Under the pieces are notes generated by a model that made no database searches, was not told the DNA's origin, and worked only from the letters and a program-made list of their open reading frames with translations. Below, piece by piece: positions 1 to 13,179 of a stretch of DNA of 64,000 nucleotides (its first letter is position 1; each line of letters opens with the position of its first letter). Origin of the DNA: Camelus ferus (Eukaryota); assembly GCF_009834535.1 (NCBI RefSeq), contig NC_045697.1, positions 84,694,001 through 84,758,000 on the forward strand, read 5' to 3'. Both the position numbers and the translations under genes were made by a program.

Positions 1-1454
1 TTGGACTCTAATTTCTGTGGGCTTTTTTTTTTTTTTTTTGTATGGGGATTTAGTTGTGAGGAAATTGAATAATAAGAAGAATTTCCTAATGTTCAAATTT
101 GGGACATTTTTATGTTGTTGATCCAGTCTTTGGATTCATTTCATAAAGTCTGGTGAACCATTTTGGATAACATGACTGGACGTAATTAGTGGTAGAAAAT
201 AGGACAGGGAGTGAATTTTGAGCTTAGGCTGCTGCGTGGAATCCTGCCCAACTCATGTTGCTGGAGTCTTTTGTGGGCAAAAAGTGAAGTGCCTACCAGC
301 AGTTCCAGAGGGACACTGTGCAGAAGGCAGCAGAGTGCAGGGTGGTGAGGGCGTGGCCGCGCCATGCTCAGGCAGCCTGCCCTGCCGAGGGCCGGCCCGC
401 CCTGGCTTACTCTGACTCTCTTAAGCGCAGTGGTGTGACATCGTTTCCTAACCTCCCTTCACGTGCGTGCTGCCTTCCTGATTCTTCTTTATGTGCATAT
501 CACTCGTACTAATACTGATATATTTTTATTTAAGTATTGTGTGTACTTTAAAAATCTTTAGCTCATGATGTGCTAAAATGTGTTATATATTTTTCTGAAT
601 ACAGATTAAAACACATAATTACTAGAATAAAAAAAAAAGCTTGTCACCAAGCTACCTAAAATCAACTGGCATAATGCCAGTGGAACACGGTAATTTCTGA
701 AAGATGAAAAACCTGGCCTATAGTGACAGGGATGCATGTGACCCCAGTCCTCAAGTTTCTGATCCAATCCTGATGCTGGAAAGTGGTACTAGAGCCACTT
801 GGGCCTCTCACTCCATCCCCAGCAACAAAGAGGAACCCTTCCTGAGACTTGCAGGAGCTCAGGTGTAGTGCTCTCTGGTTCTGTCCTAGGTGTTCAGGGT
901 GCAGGGCTTCTTACCCCCACGCTGGAGCTGGGCTCGAGTGAGGAAGATTGAAGTTGTCTGTTCCACCATTCATTTGTGGAGAAGTAGTAACGAACCTATT
1001 TCTGCTTTAGGGGTAAGCCTCATTCTCCTACCCAGCGTTACTAGGGAACCCTGTAATTTGGTTGATAATACATACATTTCAGCCTCTTTCTGTCTTCTGT
1101 GTCTATTTCTCAAACTGGTTAAAATCCGTGAAGTTTCTACTTTATTCCAACACAGCATTTAGTTAGAGAAACAAGTGAAAGAATGAAAAAAGAAAATGCT
1201 AATGGAAGAAAATGAATGCTTCTGTTATATAGCAAAATACTCTTTGTTTATAAACATTTATAATAGCTTATTAAGAAAAAATGTCTTTTAAAAAGTTGAT
1301 TTAACTTGATATTCAAATACCGTGGCTACGAGTTCTCACTTCCCCAGCTTGGGTCTTGGTTCATGTGGTATTGTAGTCTCCTAGGCTGAGTCTGCACCCT
1401 GGAGTGGGGGGCCCTTCCCTATTCCCTTGTCTCTGAGACACGATGAGATATAGT

Positions 1455-1630
1455 AGAAAGAATATTGGCTTCTGAGTCGGGCCTGGAAATGTACTCTGGA
1501 TGCTTGAATTTGGGCAAGTTACTTAACCTTCCTGAATCTCAGTTTTTACACGTGGAAAATAGGGATGGTAACACTCATAGGGTTGTTGTGAGGCTTGAGA
1601 CAATGTATGTAACATACTAATTTGATGCCT
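1455..1630 (+). mobile_element. MIR SINE
   Basis: Core ttgggcaagttacttaacctt..ctcagttt..aaaatagggat..catagggttgttgtgagg. Confidence 0.8.
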
Positions 1631-3551
1631 GATAACCCCTCCCACCCTGCCGCCCACAAATTGAGCTAAAGATAATCTATGAAGGATTCTTTCTCCCTAC
1701 TCAGTGTTTCTTTTTGGTTATCCTCTGGGACTCTGGGCATCAGCATTGTTTTTCATTTTTTCATCTTGGATCCAGTCCTTCTTTTTCCACACTCTTCTCC
1801 CTTCATGGCCTGGAATTGAGGTTTGGGGGCTGCTACTTTACTCCAGAGGACTGGTCACCTGGGACTCAGACTTCGTTTTCTTTGCTTCACGGCTCTTTCC
1901 ATGTCCCATCACCAGTTCCAAGACCACAGGCTGTAGCCTAAGTCTCCCACTTTCCCACCAACCAGCCACTATTTACCTAGAAGGAACCAGGCTGAACAGG
2001 TGTATAGCACCCAACTGGTAGCTGATCATTTCCTTTCTTAAACCTGGAAGCTGTGAACTGGTTTTCACAGAGCCATACTGACTATTACGATCGAGTACAG
2101 TGATCCAAGAACTGTATTTGAGACATGACATATTTTGGACATCACTGACTCAATCTTTAAAACCACTAATTTCTGCACTTGGACAGTGAGTCTTGCCATT
2201 CAGAAAGAAATCATATCCATGTCTAGGTATCCACTCGACATGTCCATATCTAGGTAGTTTTTAAAGACATTTAAGATCTTTCCCTTGCATGGAAATGGAA
2301 TATGGGTGGCCTGCTTATGCTCAGAGACCTTTTTCAGCACAGATAAAATTCCAAGACAATAAAGATTTTGATCTGATGTAAGTTCCTTTGCGCTTAGTAA
2401 AATGGTGCAGATAAACATAGAAGAAAATGGACTTTACACAAATAAGTGGAACTAAACTATGTTTCTCTAGTGTAAAAATAGATCAAATGGTAGGAAGACA
2501 AAAATAGGTGAAGTGGTAACATAAACTGACTTGTGTAATCAGAGGGTCAACTCTGACATTTTTCTCTCTAGGTCTTTTCTAATGGTTTTGTTGCTAGGGC
2601 TACAATGTTTTTGCCAGATTGGAACAGGATTGTCAACTCTAATGGAGATTAAGTAGCTTTCCCAGCTAGATTTAAAAAAAAAAAAAAAGCATTGTTTAAT
2701 ACTGCTAGCTTTCAAAGCCATATTCATGAGGAATGGAAAGATCACTTAAGATTTGTTTTTAGAAAATGTAACTGTTAAATTTGAAAGTTAGTAGACAGGT
2801 TTTATTCCACAGTCATTCCAACACAGACACTTATCATGGTTACACTGAACAAAATAACCTGAAGTATAATTTCACACACTGGATTAAAAAATGAGAAATT
2901 ATTATTTACAAGTAAAGTCAAAATTAATTCCCCAAGGAGTAACTGAGGTTGCTAAATGAATAACTCTTCTGATTAGTTGGAAAACTGTTTCACAACTGCT
3001 TGAAAAGTCACACCTGATTTATTCTTTAAATACTATAGATAAGATATAGGATAAAGTCTTCTGTCTTTTGATTCCTTCCATTCATTGGTCAAAGTCATCT
3101 GAGGAAAGTGTAAATACAAAAATACAAACTCACCCAATGAAATTCAAAGCACAGTAAAGGAAAACTAATTTGATTTGGATACTCAATTGCTAAAAGGATG
3201 TAAAAGGTAAAAACCATTACAAAAAGGGTAAAGAAACATTCCCTTTAACATGCTAGTTGTAGAGTCAGGTGAGCTTCCTTGGCCGTGGAAAAAAGAGACC
3301 ATCTAAACTTTAAAAAACAGTGCAATTTGCATCTCCATTGTCCCCACAATTTTGCTTGTGCAAGATAGCATGAAAATTAAATGAAATACTTCATGTAAAG
3401 TGCCTAGCAAATGGCAGATGCTGTGTTTTTTCCCCTGATATATTTATATTTTTGTAGCCAGAAATCCCAATGTTAACTTCTGGTTAAAAAAAAAGCTCAA
3501 TATTATATTCTTTAGAGTCAAAAGAAATTCACCTTAAGTATCACAGCATTG

Positions 3552-3582
3552 GTGACACCTGGTGGAAAATATAAGCATTACA
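3552..3582 (-). promoter_or_regulatory. Candidate CTCF site with upstream module
   Basis: Minus strand TGTAATGCTTATATTTT-CCACCAGGTGTCAC. The core is one mismatch from CCACCAGGTGGCAC, with a TGCAGT-like module at plausible spacing. Confidence 0.45.
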
Positions 3583-4113
3583 ATGTAGTATTAATATAGC
3601 TATTCTAATTTTTCATGTATAATAAAATTAAGATAAAACTTACAGAGTAAGCAATTAAATAGAAACAGAAGGTAAATAAAAAAGTTAAATGTCAAGGTGG
3701 ATACCTATCTAATGCCAACAATTTGAGTTCATATTCTAAAATATATGAGGTTAATGAACCTAAGAAACGAATGCATCCTAATAATAAAAATTTTTATTCA
3801 GTATACATATTTATATAGTGATTAAAAATAGAGGTTTAGAGCCTTTATGCTATATACTAAGTCTCTTTTTGTGTATCATGTGCCAAAGAACCTTCCTCCC
3901 CAAGTTTTCAGATCAGAATTCACTGTGGGGTTTCCTGAGGAGCACCTCAAAGAAATAGCCAGGTGTGTTTCAGAGAATCATTCCTTTTGAGGTATTATGG
4001 ATGGAGACAACAAATGATGTTTTTAATGTAAGCCATAAATGTCACAAAATCAATTGCTCTGAGCCAGGGAGGGGTTTGAATATTTGTGAACTAGAGAGCA
4101 GACAGATCTATTA

Positions 4114-4317
4114 CAGGGTCAGCAAACTACAACCCATGGGCCAAATATAGCCTGCCATCTGGTGTTTTATATTGGAACACAGCCATGATCATTTGTTTAC
4201 CTATTGTCTAAGGCTGCTTTCAAGCAGCAAGGACTGACTCAAGTAGGTGTAAGAGACCGTATGGCTGCAAAGCCTAAACTACCATCTGGCCCTTTACAGG
4301 AAGCTTACCAACCCCTG
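4114..4317. mobile_element. hAT-Charlie MITE (MER58A-like)
   Basis: Ends CAGGGTCAGCAAACT / CCAACCCCTG, flanked by degenerate 8-bp TSD atctatta/gtctattg. Confidence 0.8.
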
Positions 4318-4334
4318 GTCTATTGGATCCTTGC

Positions 4335-4648
4335 ACCAGATTTTTCACACCTCTTCTCCCATCTCCTTGGGAAGAGTAGACGTCTCTTCTCCATTGAAGT
4401 TAGGCTTAGTTGTAAGACTTGCCTTGGTCACTGAAATGTGGGAAAAGTGTTAGTGAAAGTTCTGAAGCTGCACCTTAAGAATTCTGGCTAGCCATTGTCC
4501 CTTCAGTGGTACAATGAGACATGTGACCTTCAGGCTTAGGTGAGAATAGGACAAGCACCCCAGCTGACCTGCAGGCCTAAAGGAGAAAAGAATGCTTATT
4601 GTTGATATTTTATGGTTGTTTGCTTTGCAACAAAAGCCAACTAATACA
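4335..4648 (+). mobile_element. ERVL-MaLR (MLT1-type) LTR remnant
   Basis: gacttgccttggtcactgaaatgtgg motif and 3' end ...ggttgtttgct..aactaataca. Confidence 0.6.
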
Positions 4649-6702
4649 TGGCATTGCTGTAACTCTCTGTAAACATTCCCACAGAGGCTTGACTTCTCTG
4701 TCCAATTGATGGTACTGGGAGAAGGATCCTGAAGACCAGATGTGGCTCAGTCCCCCTGGGGCTCTATTTCAGACCTCAATGGGCTCAACAGGAACCTGTT
4801 TTCATTCCTCTACCTATTGTAAGCAGAACTGAGTCAGAGCCCAGGCCAGGTCTAGAGGCCCACCAGACTCTCTTGGGATCTTCCATTCTCTATGCTTAAC
4901 ATGGTGTGCGAGTCAGTCATGATTCTTTCATCTGTTGGTTTAAATATTTTCCTCCTAAGGTGAACCTCAAGGTACAGAAAGAGCGTGGGATAAGTCTAGT
5001 TGCAACCATAGGCCAAAACTTTTCCTATCAAGCTTTATCAATAAAGGTCATAGCTTGGCTCCTATTCAACTTTGATACGTGTATTTCTGAATTGAGATAT
5101 AATCTGTAAGAGATAAAAAAGATCACAACTAGCTCCTCAGAAACCTCACAAGATTAAATAGTAGCATGCAAATGGTGTAGGAAATCTAATTTAACCATAT
5201 TAACAATGTTGGCTGAGATGAAACGAGCAAAATATTTAAATATGCAATTTCACAGAATTCTTAGTCTTACATCTCAGCTTGTTAAAATACAGACAAGAGC
5301 TTTTCATTGTCACTTTTTTTGAAACCTTCAGTCTGAGTCATTTGTATAGATCACTGGGTAACCAGGGGTCCATTTATTACATGGCGATATGCATAGTTCA
5401 CAGATTTACCAGAGAATCTTTGGAGCTGCTCTAGTTCTCTGGTTTTCAGCCTTCCCTTTTATGTAGCTAGTATTCTTCCATTAAATTTTTTTCAAAGACA
5501 ATTTTTGCTGATTTCAAAAAAAGAAGAGCCTAGCTTATGCAGACGTGACACTACAGAGTAACTAGTAGGTAACAGATTGAATGGCAGAAGCTCCTATTAT
5601 TGAGACTAACATTCAAATCCTGGGCTTTAATTTCTGGACACAACTCTTAAAATGGGAGAGCAGTCAGTACCATACTAAGTCACAAACTAAAAGTAGTAAT
5701 ATCAGGAACACTAAATTTTTCAAAAACATAAATGACAGAAATTAAATGTTACCAGTAATATATGTTGCTGGTGAGCTTTTGGCAGGGAAGAACCACATTT
5801 TATTACTGCTGGTGTTTAACAAAGGGGCATTCAGTGTTTCCCGAAGCAGCCATTGCTTTATATAAAGATTTTCAAACATATTTCCTTAAAATAGGATGAT
5901 AATTTTCAACTGTCTCCATATTTTTATTCAAGTTCTATTTTTGCTTTCCTTCTTAACGTGTATTTCAAATGTTAACAGGTTATGAACAGCCAAACATTCA
6001 AATGTTTTAATCTTAATGGAGTCTATTGTATACCTCACGCTGTTTGGAAACTTGACTCTTGTCCATCCCTAAATCAGTGTGATTTCCATTTCTGCATAGC
6101 TACTTTTCTTATTCAAGGAAAAAAAAAAAACTTGTGGGTGGACCTCAGCTAGATAGCTTCAACGACTGTTTAGGGAATGGGCTTTCCCAAGAGCATTCAC
6201 CATACCCGTCACCAAACATAGGCACCTACTTGTCTAGCACTAAGAGATGAAAGAATGTAGGACATTGCCCTTAATTCTTAACAAGCACACAAATGAGTCA
6301 AAGAGGTAAGACTATCCAGGTGAAATAACAAAGACAAATACATAATGAAATCAACCTATTTGGTAACTTCATGGTCCTTCACCATGTATTTTCCTGTCCT
6401 TCCTAAGATTTCAAGTTTCAGAAAGGCCACGATTTTGTTTCATTCATCTTGGCACTTGGCACACAGTATTCTGCAGTCATAGATGCTCACTATGTAACTT
6501 TTGAATGAATGGATACAGGCTATGCGTATTTACTTAATAGTGAAGGTTAAATGAATATATGTAAAGATCTTACACTAAGTGCTTACAAGACTTTTTAGAA
6601 GTTTGCCTTAAACTGACCTTAGAAAAATAGGTAAGAACTGAAAGAATATACATGATGAGAGAATAAATGAAGGCACAGGAATAACCCTGGTGTTTAAGTA
6701 TA

Positions 6703-6907
6703 CATTTGACCCTTAAACAACACGGTTTGAACTGCTCAGGTCTGCTTATTCTCGGATATTTTTCAATAGTAAATACTCCAGTACTACACCATCTGCAGTG
6801 GGTTGAACCCATGGAGTAACTACAGATACGCTGGCTATAATTTTACTGAGATTTTCAACTGCTTGGAGGGTCAGTGCTCTAACCCTGCATTGCTCAAGGC
6901 TCAACTG
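6703..6907. mobile_element. TcMar-Tigger MITE (Tigger2/MER8-like)
   Basis: TIRs CATTTGACCCTTAAACAA / TTGCTCAAGGCTCAACTG flanked by TA dinucleotides. Confidence 0.8.
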
Positions 6908-7234
6908 TATAAGAAAAATTAGGCTGACAGTAAGGCTAAGAGTATAAAAAGGTTCTACAAGCCAACATTTGCTAAACTTGAATTAATTCCAAATGATATT
7001 TATCATTTTACACGAAGAACAATGTTTGTTTTAAATCTACTCTTATGAGATGAAGGGGGTACATAAAAGCCTGTCCATTAAATTGAAAGTACCTTAAGAC
7101 TTAACTTCTGTACCCTTAGTCCCTGCAACATAGCAGGCACAAGAAATAATACGCTGTACTGAATCCACCATAACTATTTAACTGTATCAACACCATACCA
7201 AAATAAAAATATCTTAAGATATTTTAAGACAAAC

Positions 7235-7896
7235 TTAAAACATACACATTTAACTTTATTTTGTATTTGTCATTTAAAGCTTGATTTTATAAAACATACA
7301 AAGACATTTTTAAGAATGGAATTTAAACAGTAGAAATATCCAGGGCTTTACAGGTTCAAGTTATATAAATTAAAATCAAATAATTGGAAAAAATTTCAAT
7401 ATGGAAACTATACAAATGAAATAAATGGCAAAAGGACCTAATAGAAGCAATATTTAATTATTATGGACTATCAGTTACTTTCAGACCTAAACAAAGATTC
7501 TGAATATTCATATTTCTTTTGCTGTATTTTATATTTAAATATTTCTCTATTTTCTGAGTCAAGATGCTTGACGAAACAGTCTGATTTAGGAAGGGATTTA
7601 GCTTTATAGCAAAAGTTTTTCCATCTACAGTTACCACCTTCAAAGGAACTGACATAACAATACTGATGTAATCTTCTAGTTCCCTTTTGAACAGTATGCA
7701 GTAACTTTTGTCAATCCTATGGAAAGTCAAACAGGTACCAAAAAAGGAACAGTTATGCAGATTCAGTAAAGTATAATGTTAAGTTTTCCCCATCTAAAAA
7801 TTAACCAATGAAATAAAACATATCAACTATAGTTGATCTGGTTCCAGGAAAACCACATTTGAGAATTGTAAGTACATTATTCTCCTTATCTCAGAC
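7235..7896 (-). other. MAD2L1: MAD2L1 3' UTR (3' end approximate)
   Basis: AU-rich, repeat-free sequence between the stop codon and the AATAAA at 7260-7255. Confidence 0.75.
7255..7260 (-). terminator. Polyadenylation signal AATAAA of MAD2L1
   Basis: tttatt on + strand, ~640 nt after the stop codon, followed on the minus strand by GT/T-rich sequence. Confidence 0.7.
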
Positions 7897-8069
7897 TCAG
7901 TCATTGACAGGAATTTTGTAGGCTACCATGCTGTTTACTTTGTGAATTGTGGTAGTAAATGAACGAAGACGAACTTCCTCAGAATTGGTAATGAATTGTG
8001 GTCCCGACTCTTCCCATTTTTCAGGTACAACCAAATCTTTGTCTGTATAAATTAGGAGATCAAATGAAC
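7897..8069 (-). CDS. MAD2L1: MAD2L1 exon 5 coding part (173 nt incl. TGA)
   Basis: TTTAG acceptor. Translates (C)SFDLLIYTDKDLVVPEKWEESGPQFITNSEEVRLRSFTTTIHKVNSMVAYKIPVND*, the MAD2 safety-belt C-terminus. Overlaps ORF 7897..8100. Confidence 0.98.
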
Positions 8070-8780
8070 CTAAATTGGGAATAAAATCATTAAAGTACAT
8101 TATTTTTTCAAAAATAAAACTACCCTCCCTGTCTCACATTTCGAACCATCCAGTGTGTTAGAAAAGAGTTCAGCCTGGTCTCTTAATAGTTAACTGCTTT
8201 TCCTCAATGGAAACTTACTGCAGTACTGTAAGTATTGTACTCCTTTCACTTTATCTTATGAAAAATTCAAGTTTCTTTTTTTCTTTAAAGAGTAAACCAT
8301 TAAAAATATTTGTAGGAAGTGTATAATCAATTACGTGGGATAGCATGAACGTAACCTAAGGAAAGCTAACATCTTGGTTCTGTGACTGATGTATCCTAGT
8401 GCCTAGAACCATGCGTGGCATGTAGTAGGTATTCAGGAAATACCTGATGACTGAAGCAGTAACAAAGATAGAAAGGCAAGACATAATTATAGCTTTAGTC
8501 TTATATATACATAAAACTGTGTAAAAAATTAAAATAATGAAAGGAATTACATCAAAACAATCAAGAGTGAGTATTGTGGAATACTTTTATTCCTTTCTTT
8601 TTCAGCATTTGCAAATTTTCTAGAATGTTCATAACTTACTTTTGCTTTATAATTCTTTTCTCATTTTTATTACGTGATATTGATAATTAAGAAAAATTTA
8701 ATAAAGGGGTAATTCTTAAAATAGTAGCTTAGTTTTTTTCCCAATAAATTGAAGTCAACGTGAAGTTGTGTAATACTTAC

Positions 8781-8884
8781 AAGAAACTTCCAACAGTGGC
8801 AGAAATGTCACTGTAGCTGTGATCTGTCTGATCACTGAACGGATTTCATCTTGGATAGCTTTCTGAGATTTTTCTCTGGGTGCA
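8781..8884 (-). CDS. MAD2L1: MAD2L1 exon 4 (104 nt)
   Basis: TAG acceptor and GTAAGT donor. Translates (S)APREKSQKAIQDEIRSVIRQITATVTFLPLLEVS(C). Confidence 0.98.
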
Positions 8885-9942
8885 CTATCAAAGAAGCCAA
8901 ATTAATTAATTTATTTTAAGTTTTAACAAGTTATTTAAAATTTTGGTAAGATTATCTGATTAAATGCTTTCAAAATCAATTAAGTAATGCATTAAAAAGG
9001 AATTACAAAAAAAAGTATAAGTATATCCTAAGGACCTTTAACACAATAGGCATAATATGTGTTTTTATTATTTCATTTATTCTTCTAATCATATTTTGGG
9101 GTTGATATTAGTATCAGGTCATTTTGTATCAGATGACCAGAAAAATCTTCCAAATGCTCCAAGTCAGGAAAACATCAGGAACTCTTAAAAAATAAAAATA
9201 ATAAGTAGTATCTAAAATATTTAATTGTTACAAATATTCTGGCATTTTTAGTAATGCCTAAATGTCTAGTTCCTTATTCCTCAAAGATATTAAATTATAT
9301 ATCACATTATTTTTATATGCTAAAAATTTCCTAAAATTGACCAAAGGCTTCAGAAGCAAACTACATTTCATTATGAGAAATGGCTCTGAATTTACAGGGA
9401 AGCATGCCTACGCTAATGCTAGACATTAGCATATAATGATGGGCATTTCCCACTCACATCATCTGGAAACTTCAGAGTTTATGAACAGTCTTAGGAAACT
9501 TGTAGCATTAAATGAAATACAGTAGAGCTGCGTCTTAAACTGGGAGAGTCTAATAATCCCTTATGGTTAAAAGTCCTTTTTAAAAATAATTTCTTTTATG
9601 AATTATCAATTAAAAAATTAACAATTTTTAATGAATTGACAGTTCATTAAATGGGCCACCTAGTACATTATGTGTAATTTTGCATATACCACCAGAAACA
9701 CTAGTCTGAAATTCACCAGTTCAGACTAAAGGCAATTATGTTAAAAGTACACTATCTATACAAGCCAGTGATACGCCAAGTGAGCACAGTTCTTTTCCGT
9801 AGGAGACTGAAGATCAAATTAAACATCTTAAAAAAAGTATACCTTAAATGAAACTTATTCAATATAATTAGAACTCATTTAGTAAAGAAAACAAGTTTTA
9901 GAATAAACACATGAAAGTGGAAATAATTTAATTCATACTTAC

Positions 9943-10063
9943 CTGTCATCTTTTGCAGTCTTGTCACACTCAATATCAAACTGCCATCTTTCAAGGACCT
10001 CACCACTTTCAATATTTGAGATGACTACCACCAGTTTCTGAACTGAACATTTGTATAACCATT
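9943..10063 (-). CDS. MAD2L1: MAD2L1 exon 3 (121 nt)
   Basis: TTGCAG acceptor and GTAAGT donor. Translates (E)WLYKCSVQKLVVVISNIESGEVLERWQFDIECDKTAKDD(S), HORMA domain. Confidence 0.98.
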
Positions 10064-10229
10064 CTGCAATACATAACAAGGCATCTTTTTTTGGTGCACT
10101 GCATTACAAACCAACTTTCTTCCCAGGTCCCCCTCCCTACTTTCAGGAAATTTCTACCACTGCTATTTTGGATCTCCTCCAAATTGTAGAGAAAACTCGC
10201 CCCATCAATGACCTAGCTGCTGCTTTCAA

Positions 10230-11200
10230 ATTCTCAGTATTTGTGCTAGGTATAGTACTGGGTGCTGAGGGCAGGTAGTGAATATGTGGTACTTCCATCC
10301 CAATCGACGGGAAGAGTGTAGGAGATGGTATTAATCATTGCACCAATAAACATGAATTATAATTGTGATAACTGCTATGAAGGTGTGATATATGGTGCTA
10401 TAAAAGCATAAAATAGGAAAATTTGAGTCACTCAGGGATGGTTTGAATTTAGTCCTAAGAATCAGCAACATTAAATATGCAAAAGGATAGGAAAGAGGTA
10501 TATGTCTTAAAGACGCGAAAGGGAAGAGCATCAGGTCAGAGGACTGAAAGGCCAGTACAATGGCAGTTAAGAAAGGGAGAATGAACAAGGCAAGTCTGGC
10601 AAGATAAACAGGGGCCAGACCATGAAAGGCCATGTGGGCCAAATTAAGGAAATTATACTTTAAGAACTAAGGAGGTCATTACTGTGTTTGAAGCAGGGTA
10701 TGAAGTAATTAGACTTGTATTTCAAAACTATCATTCTGGATGTGATGTGGGGAGTGAATTGGAGGTAAATAGGGGATGTACAGACACTAATTAGTAATTC
10801 AAGCAAGATGTAATAAAGGCTTGTAGGAGGATAAACTGGTAGAGATGGAGCAGTAGACAGAGTCAAGAGATTTCATGGTTAAAATTGTTAAGATTTATTG
10901 GATTACCTCTGAGAGTAAAGAAGAATAAATCAGGGCTAAATCCCAAGTTTCTGATTTATATTCTAGTTGGATGGTTGACTCATTCACTGAGAGGAAAGAG
11001 AACTGAAATGGAGATGATTTCAAATTTAGTTTTTAATATGCTGAGTCTGAAGTAGATCTGGGATAGCCACATTAAGGCATCGAAGGAGCCACTCAGTATA
11101 TGAGCCGAGAGTTAGAAGAGGTTAGTGAGTCAATTACACAAAGGTTATTACTGAACCTTTGTAAGAGATCAACTAGAGAGAGACTATAGGAAGAGGGCCT
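10230..11200 (-). mobile_element. Degenerate L2 LINE in MAD2L1 intron 2
   Basis: Purine-rich L2 antisense motifs (ggggccagaccatgaaaggcc, ttgaagcaggg, cattcactgag). Boundaries approximate. Confidence 0.6.
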
Positions 11201-11245
11201 CACAGATTGAGTCCTGAATTAATCTTAGAAATTGGGATAGTATAT

Positions 11246-11667
11246 TCAGGAATCAGCAGTTTTTTGTTTCTTGGGATAGAAAATAATTTAGAAATATTTA
11301 AGGCTTGTGGGCTAACTAGGTTACAGTCTTTTTTTTTTTAATTGAAGTATCATCAATTACAATGATCAATTTCTGGTGTACAGCCTCCATGTCCCAGTCA
11401 TGCATATATACACATACATTCATTTTCATATTCTTTTTCATTAAAGGTTATTACAAGATACTGAATATAGTTCCCTGTGTTATACAGAAAAAAATTGCTT
11501 TTTTAATCTATTTTTATATATAATTGTTATCATTTGCAAATCTCAAACTCCTAGTACATAGTCTTTTTAAAAACAACCCTTTAAAAATATAAAATATTCT
11601 TAGCTTGCAGGCAATACAAAAATAGGCCACTTGCTGGATTTGGCCTGTCAGCCTTGCTTACCCCTGG
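11246..11667. mobile_element. MER58B-like hAT MITE interrupted by a young L1 fragment
   Basis: caggaatcagca... start and ...ggatttggcctg..tacccctg end, split at ~11329-11550. Confidence 0.6.
11329..11550 (-). mobile_element. 5'-truncated lineage-specific L1 3' end
   Basis: Poly(T) then aattgaagta...; the reverse complement resembles the L1 3' ends at 43790-44014 and 57530-57726. Degenerate TSD ctaggttacagtc / ctagtacatagtc. Confidence 0.8.
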
Positions 11668-13031
11668 CATATATGAACAACTTTTATCAGTTTAGTTCTG
11701 AAAAGGAGAGATTAGATGGTAATTTGAAAATCTAGGGTAGGTGATAATTTTTTTCCCCATTTAAAATTGCAAAGAAATGAAACCGATGGGAATAATCAAA
11801 ACAAACAAGTTGACAGTACAAGAGAGAAGGAATAGGGTAAAGTTCCTAAGTAGGCTAGAGGAATGGGATTTAAAACAGACTGAACAATTTGCCTGTAAAG
11901 ACCAATCCCTCCATTTTAACTAAAATAAAAGCAAGAAGTTAAATAAGAAGGTCTAGATACATCTGAGGTGAAACGCCATTAGTCTCAAAGGAGACAACCC
12001 AAAAACCAGTAGCTTAGGCAAGGCTTGCTTCTCCATCAAATTAAGATGAAGACATAGATGCATTGTTGCCTAGAGGTTCCATGCCAGATAATCTGAATGC
12101 AGCCCTATGAATGACTATGGGTGATTTAGCCCTCAAGTTAATGAAAATAAAATGATGTAATTTAAAAATGAAACTATTTGAAACAACAAAAAAAAAATTC
12201 ATAAATTTTAAAATAAAAAAAAAGATGAGGACCATAGTGTTTTTTTAGAACTAGTATTTTAGAAGATCAAATGGGTAGATAGGGAGAACTATCCTACAAC
12301 AGAGAAAAATTAGAAGTGAGAATTCTAAAAGGAGAGAAACATGAAAGAGAAACTAACAAGAATTTTAGAAGAAGAAAAGGAATAGATGGAAAACAAATAT
12401 TGATCCAACAATACTGTAACTTCTTGAACTAAAAGGAAAAAATGAGTGTTCAGATAGAAAAAGGCTTACTGACTCACAGGCAGAATTTTTTAAAAAGACA
12501 AATAGAAATAGGTGAAAAGTAAGAAAATTTTAATGGGTACTCTATTATTTAGTAGTTCTTCATTTTTTTTTTTTCCAAGTTTAGTTCCCAGGCTGAATTC
12601 AGTTTTAATTTCTTGATCTTAATACAACAATGGCTTTAGACTCCAAGCAATTACAAAAAATATATTAAGAATACATAGTGGATTTTTCTCAAATAATGAA
12701 CACCATCATAACTACGTAAAATTCTAGTGTGTCCCATTAGGTTACATAAACTGCAATAGTCATTTTAAAGGAGTTGATGGAGATTGTTTTGTTAAGTCAT
12801 ATCAGATTCCTAGCATTAAAATATGCAGCCAACTCAAAATGTGGTGGGGGAATGGTGGGATTTCTTTCAATTTATGTATCATTTGTTTCCTCCCAGTTGA
12901 TTCACTATATTTGAGACAGTGGTGTATTTTACACCACTATGCTCAGAGCTGAAAAATGATCACCAAGATGCTAGAAAATGTGGATCCTAGAAGGTCTGCA
13001 AAACTCAAAACTGTTTCCATCAATTAAATAC

Positions 13032-13179
13032 CTTTTAGTTGTTCCACGACATTATTTAGGTATTTTACTGAGCTCAGGATCAGTGGTTACAAGCAAAGTG
13101 AGTCCATATTTCTGCACTCGAGTAAAGGTTTCAGATGGATATATACCACGCTGATATAAAATGCTGTTGATGCCAAATG
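13032..13179 (-). CDS. MAD2L1: MAD2L1 exon 2 (148 nt as written; contains a +1 frameshift)
   Basis: TTTTCAG acceptor before 13179 and GT donor at 13031-13030. Reads (S)FGINSILYQRGIYPSETFTRVQKYGLTLLVTTDPEL, then KYLNNVVEQLK only after removing one base at 13068/13069. Confidence 0.96.

Noticed and set aside
280..480. Short GC-rich patch as a promoter or exon
   Set aside because: Too short for a CpG island, and no supported splice structure or homology.
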